Source: a virus
Lineage: Duplodnaviria; Caudoviricetes
Virus record (IMG/VR): IMGVR_UViG_3300038492_000082
Location: 1 to 63,070 of that record
Strand: one strand, 5' to 3'
DNA length: 63,070 bases
How positions within the stretch are numbered: position 1 is the stretch's first letter; each line of letters opens with the position of its first letter. Below are positions 45,889-56,366 of this stretch, piece by piece. Position numbers and translations under genes: made by a program. The notes below the pieces were generated by a model. That model saw only the letters and a list, made by a program, of their open reading frames with translations. It was not told where the DNA came from and searched no databases.

Positions 45889-46245
45889 ATGAACCATAGA
45901 GATGGAGCAGTGCCCGACAGCAGCGAGTCGGGAATCGAGCAGACGTTGCAGGACAAGGGGCTGAACGCTCCGCGCCTGACTCCCGAGGCCATCGACGCTA
46001 CGATCGTGGACGAGGACTATCACCAGTTCCCGGGAACGACGGTCACCGTCTGTTGTCTGACGCTGGTGAACGGTTACAACGTGGTCGGTGAGAGCGCGGC
46101 GGCAAGCCCCGAGAACTTCGATGAGGAGGTCGGACGAGCCATCGCACGGCGCAACGCGCGAGACAAGATCTGGAGCCTGGAGGGATACCTCCTGAAGCAG
46201 AGCCTGTTCGCGGAGAAGCTGAGGGAGGCTGAGGACAATGTCTGA
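45889..46245 (+). CDS. Phage N4 Gp49 / Sf6 gene 66 family protein
   Basis: APRLT...TVCCLTL.NG..V.GESA.ASPENFD.EVG..IA..NA.DKIW.LEGYLLK. Confidence 0.85.
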   Translation: MNHRDGAVPDSSESGIEQTLQDKGLNAPRLTPEAIDATIVDEDYHQFPGTTVTVCCLTLVNGYNVVGESAAASPENFDEEVGRAIARRNARDKIWSLEGYLLKQSLFAEKLREAEDNV

Positions 46246-46795
46246 GTCACAACCCGACGGCTTCAAGACCATGGACGAGATGGCCAAGGAGCACGAGCCG
46301 GGGGAGTACAAATCGGACGCGGATGGCAGTGCTGGTGGACCGGAGGAAGAGAATGTGACTGCGCAGGACTCCGGCAGCATCGACCCCACGGAGTTCAACG
46401 AGCAGAAGGTTCCTCCCACGGACGACGACGTGGAGAGTAACCGCATGCTCTGGCTCGTGGCGAAGACGTGTCATGAGGTGAACCGAGCGTTCTGTCGCGA
46501 GGTGTTGATGGATCACAGTCACCTGCCGTGGGAGCAGACTCCGCAGTCGCTGAAGGATTCGATCTTCAGTGGCGTGCTCGCGCACTTCGAGGATCCGGAG
46601 TTGACGCCGGAGGAGAGCCATCGCAAGTGGATGGAGTACAAGTCCGCGGAGGGTTGGACGTTCGGCAACAACAAGGACGCCGATGCGAAGACGCATCCGT
46701 GCATGCTGCCGTACGACCAGCTTCACAAGCACGACAGAGCGAAGGACCATCTGTTCGCGTCGGTGTGCAAGTCGTTCTTCGGATCGGAGTTGTAA
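46238..46795 (+). CDS. RyR-domain protein
   Basis: A..CHEVNRA.C...W...TPEESH..W...K..EGW..G..KD...KTHPC..PY..L....R.KD..F. Confidence 0.85.
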   Translation: MSESQPDGFKTMDEMAKEHEPGEYKSDADGSAGGPEEENVTAQDSGSIDPTEFNEQKVPPTDDDVESNRMLWLVAKTCHEVNRAFCREVLMDHSHLPWEQTPQSLKDSIFSGVLAHFEDPELTPEESHRKWMEYKSAEGWTFGNNKDADAKTHPCMLPYDQLHKHDRAKDHLFASVCKSFFGSEL

Positions 46796-46950
46796 GGTCT
46801 TGGCAACTCGTCAGCAAATACTCTGGACGCGTGCGCAGAAGCTCAGCTTCGTGTGGCAGCGTTGCGGCACCTTGCGCAACATCACGCGTCAGGAGGCTGC
46901 CGAGTTGATCCTGAAGATCTTCCAGATGCACGGACTTCCGGAGGAAGCTG

Positions 46951-48540
46951 ATGGCTGAACCGGCTCTTCAACAGTTCTCAGCGTTCGACTACTCGGCACT
47001 GCCGAGGATCGACTTGGACGATCTGCCTGATGAGCTGGTTCAGTATCGCCAGGATTTGATGGCGTTCACCGAGGAGGAGTTGCACTTCCTTCGGTGGCGC
47101 ATGATGTGGAAATCGATGGCTCGTAACAAGCAACTCCCGCCGAAGGAGTTCGACGAGTTCGTCAAAACGATTTGGGGGATCCGGAGTGGGCGCGGGTTTG
47201 GTAAAACGCTGTGCGCTGCGAACTGGCTCGGGGGTCGTGCATGCTCAATCCCAGGATTGTACGCGGTAGTCGCACCGACTCACGACGACGTTCGCTATAC
47301 TTGCTTTGAAGGACCGACCGGTCTCTACTCCGTGATTCCTCCTCTACTAATTGCCGACACGAATGCGGGCTTGCCTAGCTGTACGCTGTGGAACGGCACC
47401 TTTATACGCGGGTTCGCGGGCGACACGCCTGAGCGACTTCGCGGACCGCAGCATCACGCGGCATGGTGCGACGAGATCGCGTCGTGGAAGTATCCGCAGG
47501 ATGCGTGGGACAACTTGTGGTTCGGCCTCCGACTCGGCGACAATCCGCAGGTCGTGTGGACCGGCACGCCGAAGCCGACACCCTTCATGCGACGACTCGT
47601 TGCTGATCCGAACAGCGTGACCGTTGTCGGGAGCACGTACGAGAACCGCGAGAACCTGACGAAGAGCTTCTTCGACAACGTGTCCAAGTACGAGGGCACG
47701 AAGGTCGGGCGTCAGGAACTCTGGGGTGAGATCCTCGACCCAGAGGAGGAGGGTGTCGTCAAGCGCAGTTGGTGGAGGCTCTGGCCGGTGGACAAGCCGC
47801 TGCCGAAGTTCGAGGTCATCATCATGTCGCTCGACACGGCGATGTCCGAGAAGCAGCACGACAAGAAGAAGCAGGAGAACGACCCGACGGCGTGCAGCGT
47901 GTGGGGAATGTTCAGCATCAAGATGAAGGGCGACAAAACTCCGCAGAAACACGTCATGCTCCTTGACGCGTGGGAGGAGTGGCTCGGGTTCCCTGAACTG
48001 GTGAAGCGCGTCAAGAAGGAGCGGAAGTTGACGTACGGAGACCAGGACGAGCCGATGCTGCGGCCGACCGGCATCCGCGCGAAGAACCGACCGCGTCATC
48101 AGGGCAAGAAGGTCGACATCATCCTGATCGAGACGAAGGCCAGCGGACTGAGTCTGATGCAATCGCTCGCGAGTGAGGGCGTCCTGACGGAGGGTTACAA
48201 TCCCGGCAACGCGGACAAGCTAACCCGGCTCCATCTGACTTCGCCGATGTGGGCGCATCGCAGAGTGTGGTGCATCGAGTCCGACAGCATGAAGGGTCAG
48301 CCGAAGACGTACATGGATCCGCTGATCACGCAGGTATGCTCATATATAGGTGAGGGAAGTATCGAGAGGGACGACCTTCTCGACACTTCGACTCAGGCGA
48401 TGCGCGTGTTCATGGACAAGTACATCGGACCGCTGACCATCAAGCGAGACCCGAAGGAGATTAAGAGGCAGCGAGCGAGGATGGCGGCAGAGAAGGCGCG
48501 GCAGAAGCACGGACACGGGAGTAATCCGTATGACGGTTGA
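46951..48540 (+). CDS. terL: Terminase large subunit
   Basis: GRGFGKT Walker A, LRGPQ, WCDE Walker B, GTPK, GRQEL.GE, nuclease acidic residues SLDTA and DDLLD. Confidence 0.95.
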   Translation: MAEPALQQFSAFDYSALPRIDLDDLPDELVQYRQDLMAFTEEELHFLRWRMMWKSMARNKQLPPKEFDEFVKTIWGIRSGRGFGKTLCAANWLGGRACSIPGLYAVVAPTHDDVRYTCFEGPTGLYSVIPPLLIADTNAGLPSCTLWNGTFIRGFAGDTPERLRGPQHHAAWCDEIASWKYPQDAWDNLWFGLRLGDNPQVVWTGTPKPTPFMRRLVADPNSVTVVGSTYENRENLTKSFFDNVSKYEGTKVGRQELWGEILDPEEEGVVKRSWWRLWPVDKPLPKFEVIIMSLDTAMSEKQHDKKKQENDPTACSVWGMFSIKMKGDKTPQKHVMLLDAWEEWLGFPELVKRVKKERKLTYGDQDEPMLRPTGIRAKNRPRHQGKKVDIILIETKASGLSLMQSLASEGVLTEGYNPGNADKLTRLHLTSPMWAHRRVWCIESDSMKGQPKTYMDPLITQVCSYIGEGSIERDDLLDTSTQAMRVFMDKYIGPLTIKRDPKEIKRQRARMAAEKARQKHGHGSNPYDG

Positions 48541-48823
48541 ACACCTGATGCCCGGTGGAGTGGAGAGTGACGAGGAGGTCACGCGGATCCAGATTTGCAC
48601 CGAGCACGAATTCGAACTGCGCGCGATGCTGATTCAGCGTGGCGTTCAGGACAGACAGCCCGACTTGTACGAGGCGATTCAGAACACCATGATCATGGGA
48701 GTGATGAGCTTCATGGGACCGACGGTGTTTCCGCAGCACGACGGATGCCCGGTCTGCGTGTTGGAAGGTACGCTCGAACGAGCGGTTGACGAGATGGTTG
48801 CAACGATAAGGAAGAGTAACTGA
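48530..48823 (+). CDS. Hypothetical protein
   Basis: Coupled between terL and portal; CPVC. Confidence 0.55.
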   Translation: MTVEHLMPGGVESDEEVTRIQICTEHEFELRAMLIQRGVQDRQPDLYEAIQNTMIMGVMSFMGPTVFPQHDGCPVCVLEGTLERAVDEMVATIRKSN

Positions 48824-51408
48824 TGGCGGTACGCGAAGATGAAGTGATGGAGTTCGACAGGGCTCCGGACGAGGTTACCGACACCGATGACGGCGGTGCA
48901 ATCGTACGCGTCAGTGACGAGGAGGCGGTCGAGAAGACTTACGAGTTCTACGATAACATCGTGGAGGCATTCGCCGAGGACGAGCTGACACGCTTGGCCA
49001 CTAATCTTCACGACGCCATCGAGCGAGACAAGAAATCGCGGAAGCGGCGAGACAAGGAGTACGCCGACGCCATCAAGCGCACCGGACTAGGGGACGAGGC
49101 ACCGGGCGGCGCGGAGTTCACCGGTGCCAGTCGCGCCGTTCACCCCATGCTCACGGAGTCGAGCGTAGACTACAGCGCTCGCGCTATCAAGGAGCTGATG
49201 CCTCCGGACGGACCGGTGAAGTCCTACATTCCTGGCGAGAACATCGCGCCCGATCGATTGCAGAAGGCGGATCGCGTCAAGAATTACATGAATTGGCAGT
49301 TCCTCAAGCAGATGAAGGAGTTTCGTCCTGAGCTTGAGCAACTCCTACCTCAGCTCGCCCTGTCTGGGAGTCAATATATAAGGTTGACGCCGGATTGGTC
49401 AAAGCGTAAGACACGTCCAGTTCCGATGTATGTGCCGCAGGATCAAGTGTCCATCCCTTACAGCGCGAGCAACTTCTACACGGCCGAGCGCCAGACGTAC
49501 CACGAACCGATCACGAAGATGGAGTTCGAGGCTCGCGTCCGCGATGGCATGTACCGCGACATCACTCCGCTGGTCAACGCGCAGATGCCCGAGGAGACGG
49601 AGGCGCAGAAGGCCACGGACAAGGTGGAGGGCAAGGAGGACACCGACTTCTACAACGAGGACGGCGTGCGTGTCGTCCACGAGGTGAGTTGCTGGCACAA
49701 CTTTGACGGACACGGAAGGGAAGACGTCGAGGCGTCCAAGGACGGGAACGCTCCGTATCTAATAAGCATCGACGACGCCACGAAGAAGATCGTCTCAATC
49801 GTCCGGAACTGGGAACAAGACGACGAATATCAGGAGCGCATGCAATGGATGGTCGAGTTCGGGTTCATCCCGTGGCGCGGAGCGTACTCTATCGGTCTTG
49901 GCCAGATGATAGGCTCCTTGTCGGGTGCTGCTACTGGCGCGCTCCGCGCTCTTCTTGACAGCGCGCTGGTCAACAACCTGCCGACGGCGATTCGCCTGAA
50001 GGGTGCGAACTTCTTTGGGCAGACCAAGTCGGAACTCCAGGCGACGCAGATCACGGAGATCGACGGCGGTATCGCCGGAGACCAGGACATTCGCAAGCTG
50101 ATCATGCCGTTGCCGTTCAACCCTCCGTCGCCGGTGCTGTTCCAGCTTCTGGGCTTCTGCGTTGACGCCGGTCGTGGCGTCGTGCGAACGACGTTCGAGC
50201 ACGATCCGAAGCAGAACCCGAACATGCCTGTCGGCACCACGCTCGCCATGATCGAGGAGGGCATGCAGGTCATGTCCGCGATCCATCTGCGCAGCTATCA
50301 CAGCATGAGCATGGTGATCGAGATCCTGCATCGCATCAACAAGATGTACATCACCGACGACGAGGTTCAGGACGAACTCGGTGAGTTGCTGGCGTACCGC
50401 GAGGACTTCCAGGGACCGATGGACGTCGTGCCGACGGCCGATCCGCAGGTCTTCAGTGACGTTCAGCGTCTGGCGCAGTTGCAGATCGTGGCCGATCGCG
50501 CTGCCGCAATGCCTGACCTATATAATAAGCGTGTCGTCGAGAAGCGGCTGCTCGAACGCACGAAGATACCGAACCCTGACGAGCTACTGATTCCGGAGGA
50601 CAAGCCGGAGAATCAGAACGCCGTAAACGAGAACGCGGCCATGTCGCTCGGGCGTCCGAGTGCCGCGTTCCCCGAGCAGGATCACTTAGCCCATCTGCAG
50701 TCTCACCTCGACTACTTACTCAGTCCGATGTTCGGACAGAATCCCGCGATCGCACCGACGCTGATGCCGGCGATGATCGACCACGTCAAGGAGCACTTGG
50801 TTCTCTGGTACGTCAACGCGAACTACGAACTCGTCATGCAGGCGGCGAACGTCGACGACGAGGGCATGCGACGCATCATGGAGGACCAGAGTCCCGAGGC
50901 GAAACACGAACTGAGTAAGACGTTGGCGCAGGCCAGCCCGATGGTCATGAAACGCAGTCAGGAGGTCTTGGGACAGGTTCCCGAGATCATAACGCAGACG
51001 CTTCAAGCGATGCAACAATTCGCGCCGCAACCGCCGCCGATACCGATCGATCCGAACCAGCAAGCGGAGACGGAACGCAAGGCCGCGGACGATGAGCGCA
51101 AGGCTGGACTGAAGCAAGTCGAGTTGATGGACAAGAAGGAAATCGAGTTCTCCAAACTCTCGCAGAAGGAGCGGGAGAAAGCCGTTGAATTGGCAACTAA
51201 GGAAGCAGAAGAGGCTAACGCGAGAGCTGCTCGCTTGCGTGAGTTGTTGCTGACCGAGACTGCCGAAGACGAGCGGACCGCTGCGAGGCTATCGTCCGAC
51301 GAACGTCGGAATACGCAGGACAACCTGACTGCGTTGAAGATTGCCGCTGCGGAGTTGGAGTCTGGCGAAGAGACGGACCTGAGCACCGGAACGGGTATAA
51401 ACCCATGA
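48823..51408 (+). CDS. Portal protein (P22-like, long helical C-terminus)
   Basis: GASRAVHPML.E, KADRVK.YMNWQ, LRALLDS...N.P, PS.VLFQLLGF, PVGTTLA.IE; follows terL. Confidence 0.88.
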   Translation: MAVREDEVMEFDRAPDEVTDTDDGGAIVRVSDEEAVEKTYEFYDNIVEAFAEDELTRLATNLHDAIERDKKSRKRRDKEYADAIKRTGLGDEAPGGAEFTGASRAVHPMLTESSVDYSARAIKELMPPDGPVKSYIPGENIAPDRLQKADRVKNYMNWQFLKQMKEFRPELEQLLPQLALSGSQYIRLTPDWSKRKTRPVPMYVPQDQVSIPYSASNFYTAERQTYHEPITKMEFEARVRDGMYRDITPLVNAQMPEETEAQKATDKVEGKEDTDFYNEDGVRVVHEVSCWHNFDGHGREDVEASKDGNAPYLISIDDATKKIVSIVRNWEQDDEYQERMQWMVEFGFIPWRGAYSIGLGQMIGSLSGAATGALRALLDSALVNNLPTAIRLKGANFFGQTKSELQATQITEIDGGIAGDQDIRKLIMPLPFNPPSPVLFQLLGFCVDAGRGVVRTTFEHDPKQNPNMPVGTTLAMIEEGMQVMSAIHLRSYHSMSMVIEILHRINKMYITDDEVQDELGELLAYREDFQGPMDVVPTADPQVFSDVQRLAQLQIVADRAAAMPDLYNKRVVEKRLLERTKIPNPDELLIPEDKPENQNAVNENAAMSLGRPSAAFPEQDHLAHLQSHLDYLLSPMFGQNPAIAPTLMPAMIDHVKEHLVLWYVNANYELVMQAANVDDEGMRRIMEDQSPEAKHELSKTLAQASPMVMKRSQEVLGQVPEIITQTLQAMQQFAPQPPPIPIDPNQQAETERKAADDERKAGLKQVELMDKKEIEFSKLSQKEREKAVELATKEAEEANARAARLRELLLTETAEDERTAARLSSDERRNTQDNLTALKIAAAELESGEETDLSTGTGINP

Positions 51409-51483
51409 GGGTAGAATAATCCCTCGGCAGCTTCGGGTGACAATTCTGAGCCAGAATTTTTGAGAGAAAGAGGAGTAACGACG

Positions 51484-51645
51484 ATGTACGTACGACAACA
51501 CTACAAGCTCGCCACGACCGGGCGACTGGGGCAGCGCGGAGGCGCGAAACCGGGTCCGAAGGGCGGGAGCGACAAGTCGTCCATGTCTCGCTCGACGAAG
51601 AGCGGGTCAGGATACGGATCCTCAGGGAAGAAGACTCCGTGCTGA
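51484..51645 (+). CDS. Small basic peptide
   Basis: AGGAG RBS; MYVRQHYKLATTG... Confidence 0.5.
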   Translation: MYVRQHYKLATTGRLGQRGGAKPGPKGGSDKSSMSRSTKSGSGYGSSGKKTPC

Positions 51646-51672
51646 TTGCGTTGTGAAACGCAGAGGTGTACG

Positions 51673-51873
51673 ATGGCGCCGCAAAACGAACTAGAAGTTT
51701 ACCTGAAGAAGCTCAAAGAGGTCCAGGCCGAGTATGCCGATGCGTCCCTCCGAAAGCCGAGCGATCGTTCTTCGTTTGGCTATGGATACGTCTGCGGGCA
51801 TTATGCCGGTCTACTACTCGCCGAGCAGTTGCTTAACAGTGCTATTGAGGAAGTAGCTAATGACGAAAAGTGA
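51673..51873 (+). CDS. Small hypothetical protein upstream of GroES
   Basis: F.YG...G.Y.GL..AE pattern; GAGG RBS. Confidence 0.6.
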   Translation: MAPQNELEVYLKKLKEVQAEYADASLRKPSDRSSFGYGYVCGHYAGLLLAEQLLNSAIEEVANDEK

Positions 51874-52327
51874 AGGATTGAAGCTGGCTGACGCCGGTTC
51901 GCAGAGTCGTACAAGTAGTATGGCGTACGATAGTATTGATCAAGCGTTCCCAGACGCTGATCCCGGTTTCACGCCGTTCGGGAGTAAGGTCCTGGTGCAG
52001 ATCCGTACCCCGATGCTGAAATCTCGAGGCGGGATTGCTCTTCCACAGGAAACCCGCGAGACTGAGCAGTGGAATACTCAAGTCGCCAAAGTCATTAAGC
52101 TCGGACCAGCGGCCTTTTGCAATCGCGAGACTCTTGAGGAGTGGCCTGAGGGTAAGTGGGTTCAACCGGGAGCCTTCGTCCGTTGCCCGAAGTACGGCGG
52201 CGACAGATGGGAGGTTCCCGTTCCCAACTCTCTGGACATGGCGTTGTTCGTCGTGTTCGATGATTTGGATCTCAGCGGTGAGGTGCCTGAAGACAAGGTA
52301 CTCGAGACCGTTGCGTACTTAAAATAA
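51860..52327 (+). CDS. groES: Co-chaperonin GroES-like protein
   Basis: PFGSKVLVQ...KSRGGIALP...VAKVIKLGP.A...W...G..V..PKYGG...F.D.D. Confidence 0.85.
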   Translation: MTKSEGLKLADAGSQSRTSSMAYDSIDQAFPDADPGFTPFGSKVLVQIRTPMLKSRGGIALPQETRETEQWNTQVAKVIKLGPAAFCNRETLEEWPEGKWVQPGAFVRCPKYGGDRWEVPVPNSLDMALFVVFDDLDLSGEVPEDKVLETVAYLK

Positions 52328-52351
52328 CTGTAGACTGAAGGAGTCTAAACA

Positions 52352-53395
52352 ATGTCAGAGCACGAAGACAAGAAACCTGACGAAGACGACATTGAAGAGT
52401 TCGTCATGGTCGGGGACGGCGTCGAGGAGGGCGACCAGAAGGCTGCTCCAGTCGACGATGATCGGAAGGGAGACGACGATGACGACGACCTGGAAGCGGG
52501 AGCCGACGACCGTCGTGCTGGCCATGATGAGCCAGATGAGGAAGATCGCAAGGAACGGAGACGGCAGGAGAACAAGAGTCGTCGCCAGCGCCAGAAGGAA
52601 GCGCGCGAACGTGACCAGCGAGAACTGAAGTTTCTGCGCAGCCGCAACGAGCAAGTCGAGAAGCAACTCAACGAACTCGTCAAGCGGCAGACGAACACCG
52701 AAGTATCTCAGGTCGACGCGAAGATCAACCAGTTGGACAACGCCATCAAACAGGCGGAAGACGTCTACGCGAAGGCGATCGACGCAGGCGAGGGGAAGGA
52801 CGCTGCCGAGGCGCAGCGCATCCGCGACGGTCTGCGAGATCAACGCGAGGGACTCGTGTCCTGGAAGGAGCAGCAGAAGGAGGCCGCTAACGCGCAGCCT
52901 GACGTTGACCCCACGCTGGTTGAGAACGTGCGGAACTGGCATCAGAAGAACCAGTGGTTCGACTTTGGACGTCGGGACGAGGATTCGGCTATCGCCGGTG
53001 CCATCGATGACATGATGGTCCGCGACGGATGGGATCCGCGTGACCCCGCTTACTATGATGAGTTCGACAAGCGCATCGCGCGACGTCTGCCTCATCTTGC
53101 GAAAGGTAAGGGTAAAGGGAACGGCGCAGATCGTGACGACGATTACGACGACGATCGCGGAGGTGATCGCGGCGGAGATCGTGGTGGCGATGGAGGAAGT
53201 CAGAGACAACCAACCGGCCCGAAATTCAGAGTGGGTGGCCGGGACCGTGTCCTCAAGTCGAACGAGGTTCACATTTCGAAGGAGCGTAAGGAGGCTATGA
53301 TTGAGGCAGGAATGTGGGACGACCCCGTTCTCCGTAAGAAGCAGCTCGCACGCTACAAGAAATGGGACGAGGAACACGCGCAGAATAATGCGTAG
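52352..53395 (+). CDS. Putative capsid scaffolding protein
   Basis: Acidic N-terminus, coiled coil, W..KN.WF, YYDE.DKR; position before the capsid genes. Confidence 0.65.
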   Translation: MSEHEDKKPDEDDIEEFVMVGDGVEEGDQKAAPVDDDRKGDDDDDDLEAGADDRRAGHDEPDEEDRKERRRQENKSRRQRQKEARERDQRELKFLRSRNEQVEKQLNELVKRQTNTEVSQVDAKINQLDNAIKQAEDVYAKAIDAGEGKDAAEAQRIRDGLRDQREGLVSWKEQQKEAANAQPDVDPTLVENVRNWHQKNQWFDFGRRDEDSAIAGAIDDMMVRDGWDPRDPAYYDEFDKRIARRLPHLAKGKGKGNGADRDDDYDDDRGGDRGGDRGGDGGSQRQPTGPKFRVGGRDRVLKSNEVHISKERKEAMIEAGMWDDPVLRKKQLARYKKWDEEHAQNNA

Positions 53396-53424
53396 CAACT
53401 CACTGAATGAGAGGGTGAAAAGCA

Positions 53425-54072
53425 ATGGCCGATAAGAAGGTAGGCAAGAAGTCCGGTGGCAAGAAGAAGGTCGCCGGCAAGAAAACGGGCGCGAGACGGA
53501 AGAGGGTCTCTGCGAAAGGACGGCAACCGAGATCGCAAACTGACAGACGTCAGACAGCGGCTAAAGAGCGTGTCCTTAGCGACGCAGAGCGTTTGGACGA
53601 GTTTCGCAAATCATTTTTCCAGTCAGTTTTACCCGATCTACCGCCGATTGACGGGTATCATGTCTGCTGGTTGACCACTACAAATCCCAGAGATTCAATT
53701 CCTGGGCGGATACGTCTCGGATACGAGCCGGTCAAGGCGGAGGACGTTCCCGGTTGGGAATTCGCTACGCTCAAGACCGGTGACTATGCCGGTTGTATCG
53801 GCGTGAACGAGATGATTGCGTTCAAGCTACCGATGTCGCTTTACGAAGCGTACATGCGCGAGGCTCATCACAATCAGCCGCTCGAAGAGGAGGAGAAACT
53901 TGCTTCAGTCATGGATGTTATCCAGGAGCAAGCTGCCGCCGCTGCGAAGAGTGGATCACGTGGGATTAAGATGGAATTCGAGGAGGGCATGGCTGAACTG
54001 GGTCAGGACCTAGATCCCGGCTCCTTTGCGGAGAACCTCGGCGAGGTTGCTCCCGGAGAAGGGCACTACTAG
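53425..54072 (+). CDS. Capsid-module protein with Lys-rich N-terminus
   Basis: LP.LP.IDGYH.CWL...R.RLGYEPV motif. Confidence 0.65.
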   Translation: MADKKVGKKSGGKKKVAGKKTGARRKRVSAKGRQPRSQTDRRQTAAKERVLSDAERLDEFRKSFFQSVLPDLPPIDGYHVCWLTTTNPRDSIPGRIRLGYEPVKAEDVPGWEFATLKTGDYAGCIGVNEMIAFKLPMSLYEAYMREAHHNQPLEEEEKLASVMDVIQEQAAAAAKSGSRGIKMEFEEGMAELGQDLDPGSFAENLGEVAPGEGHY

Positions 54073-54103
54073 GATTTTTGATCTGAAGTAGGAGTTAAAT
54101 GCA

Positions 54104-54661
54104 ATGTCTCAACTAGCTGCTCCGTTCGGATTGCGACCGGCGTACAGTCCTTCAGGGATCGTACGTCCGGGACCTCTCGGCACGATCGTGTCGGCTCACC
54201 CTGCGAACATCTTTCAGGGCGAACCGATCGCAATCAACGCTGCGGGGTTCATAGTCGGCGCCGCTCCTGGCTCTCGCGCCATCGGCACGTTTCAAGGAGT
54301 GGAGTACGACGACGTGGAAGGCCGTCATCGGGTAAGTAACCGATGGATTGCCAACACGGTCGCGACGAACATCCGAGCCTACTACATTCAGGCGCAGGAC
54401 ACTGTGATGTACGAGATCCAGGCTGATGGCCCGTTAGCGCAAGCTGACATCGGTCAACAGTACGACTGGACCGCTCTTGGCGGCTCGACCATCACGGGTC
54501 TATCCAACGTCGCGTTGGATACTGCGTCTGCCGCCGCTAACGCTGGTCTACGAGTTCTGGGATTCAATCCGGGACCTGACAACGAACTGACGGATCCGTT
54601 CCCGATCGTTCTTGTTCAGATCTCTGAGCACCAGACCGTGGCTGACATCGCCAGCATCTAA
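54104..54661 (+). CDS. Capsid cement / minor capsid protein
   Basis: APFGLRP start, IFQG.P, G.FQGVEY, YEIQAD, TGLS; directly before the major capsid gene. Confidence 0.7.
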   Translation: MSQLAAPFGLRPAYSPSGIVRPGPLGTIVSAHPANIFQGEPIAINAAGFIVGAAPGSRAIGTFQGVEYDDVEGRHRVSNRWIANTVATNIRAYYIQAQDTVMYEIQADGPLAQADIGQQYDWTALGGSTITGLSNVALDTASAAANAGLRVLGFNPGPDNELTDPFPIVLVQISEHQTVADIASI

Positions 54662-54675
54662 GGGAGGGTTAACTC

Positions 54676-55590
54676 ATGGCAGTACCAATGAGGTCAACCG
54701 ACTTTCGGTCGGTAGTCGAACCCATCCTGAACGAGGTGTTCGACGGTATCTACAACCAGCGAGCCGACGAGTGGAAAGGCTGCTTCAAGGAACGTCCGGG
54801 TATCCCCCGTTCGTACCACGAAGAGCCGGTCCTCTACGGATTCGGTGCTGCACCGGAATTGCCTGACGGTCTTCCGGTAACGTACCAGTCCGGCGGTGTG
54901 CTGTTCATTCAGCGTTACGTCTACCGTGTCTACGGTCTCGCCTTCGCCCTGACGAAAGTCCTGGTGGAAGACGGCGACCACATCAAGATCGGTACGATCT
55001 ACGCCGAGCATCTTGCTCAGTCGATGATCGAGACGAAAGAGACGCTCTGCGCCAACATCTTCAACCGTGCCTTCAACGGCGCGTTCCTTGGAGGCGATGG
55101 CGTATCTCTCAACAACGCTGCTCACCCGATTGCTAACGGAACGTTCAGCAACTTGCTCACGACCGCTGCGGCTCTGTCGCAAACGTCGCTGGAGCAACAG
55201 TTGATCCAGATCCGGAACGCGGTCGACAACAACGGCAAGCGCATCCGCTTGACGCCGAAGAAGATTGTTTGCGGACCGAGCAACGTCTTCCAGGCTGAAG
55301 TTCTGCTGAAGAGCGTTCTTCGTGCGGGTACGGCCAACAACGACATCAACCCGATCAAGTCGATGGGTCTGTTGAGCGAGGGTCAGGCTAATCTGTCCCG
55401 CATTACCTCGACGACTGCATGGTGGGTCGGAACCGATGCTCCGCGTGGCCTTCAGTTGCTGACGCGACGCAAGATGGAGAAGTCTATGGAAGGTGACTTC
55501 GAGACAGACTCCATGCGTTACAAGGCGACCGAGCGTTACTGGCCTTCGTGGACCGATCCACGAACGGTCTTCGGTACTCCGGGTCTGTGA
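54676..55590 (+). CDS. Major capsid protein (HK97 fold)
   Basis: LAQSM.ETKE...AN.FN.AF, GGDGVSL...AHP, GTANNDIN, GDFET..MRYKA.ERY...WTDPR..FG; followed by a terminator. Confidence 0.9.
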   Translation: MAVPMRSTDFRSVVEPILNEVFDGIYNQRADEWKGCFKERPGIPRSYHEEPVLYGFGAAPELPDGLPVTYQSGGVLFIQRYVYRVYGLAFALTKVLVEDGDHIKIGTIYAEHLAQSMIETKETLCANIFNRAFNGAFLGGDGVSLNNAAHPIANGTFSNLLTTAAALSQTSLEQQLIQIRNAVDNNGKRIRLTPKKIVCGPSNVFQAEVLLKSVLRAGTANNDINPIKSMGLLSEGQANLSRITSTTAWWVGTDAPRGLQLLTRRKMEKSMEGDFETDSMRYKATERYWPSWTDPRTVFGTPGL

Positions 55591-55600
55591 TCTGGTGAAC

Positions 55601-55638
55601 GGGGAGGGACGGTATACGTCCCTCCTCACTTTAACTTT
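55601..55638 (+). terminator. Rho-independent terminator after the major capsid gene
   Basis: GGAGGGACG-GTATA-CGTCCCTCC stem-loop followed by a T-rich tail. Confidence 0.7.
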
Positions 55639-55652
55639 ACGGAGATACGTAA

Positions 55653-56363
55653 ATGAGTAGAGTAGGAATAGAAAACACGAACCTCGAAAATGGAGTGACG
55701 AACCGCAATCAAGCGGACATCTTCGGCGCTATGGGTCAGCTCGACCCGACGAAGTTTGTCACTCTCATGGACGAGTTCAATCGGCCAGTAGCCAACGCGC
55801 TCACGCTCGCGGGTTACTTTGATATCGCCACTGGTTCGGTCGCTGCGGTTGCCGACCAGAGTGCAGTCATTCTGACGACCGGAGCGGTCGCTGCTAACGC
55901 GGCGGTCACTGGCCCCGTGACTCGGGGATTCTCAATTGTAGCGGGACGCCCGTTGTGGTTCAGCACGAGAGTCGCACTCGGCGATGTCGCCAACACAATT
56001 CTCGTCGCGGGTCTGGCAGACGCGATCACTGGCGTAACGCCGGATGACGGTGTCTTCTTCCAGAGTCTCGACACGCTTACCACGCTGGACGTCGTAGTTC
56101 GCAGCGGTGCGGCGCAGGTCGCAATCGACAGCGACATCGGCGTCACGCTGGTGGACGACGACAACTACACTCTCGCGCTGTTCTGGGATGGTGTCAGTAA
56201 GTTGTCCTACGCGGTCAACGGCGTACTCGCCGGATCCTTGGATCTGACGGGACTCACACTTCCTGCCGACGAAGTCGGTGCGACAGTTGGCCCGGTTTCC
56301 GGTGCCGCTGGCAACGCCGTAGACGTCACAGTCGATCACCTGTTCTGCGCCCAGGAGAGATAA
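55653..56363 (+). CDS. Virion structural protein (capsid decoration candidate), paralog 1
   Basis: NGVTN...IF..M...D.T.F N-terminus; beta-sandwich-like body. Confidence 0.6.
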   Translation: MSRVGIENTNLENGVTNRNQADIFGAMGQLDPTKFVTLMDEFNRPVANALTLAGYFDIATGSVAAVADQSAVILTTGAVAANAAVTGPVTRGFSIVAGRPLWFSTRVALGDVANTILVAGLADAITGVTPDDGVFFQSLDTLTTLDVVVRSGAAQVAIDSDIGVTLVDDDNYTLALFWDGVSKLSYAVNGVLAGSLDLTGLTLPADEVGATVGPVSGAAGNAVDVTVDHLFCAQER

Positions 56364-56366
56364 ACC

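Noticed and set aside
53150..53196. DRGG x3 tandem repeat in the scaffold-like gene
   Set aside because: Short degenerate coding linker with no sign of a separate function.
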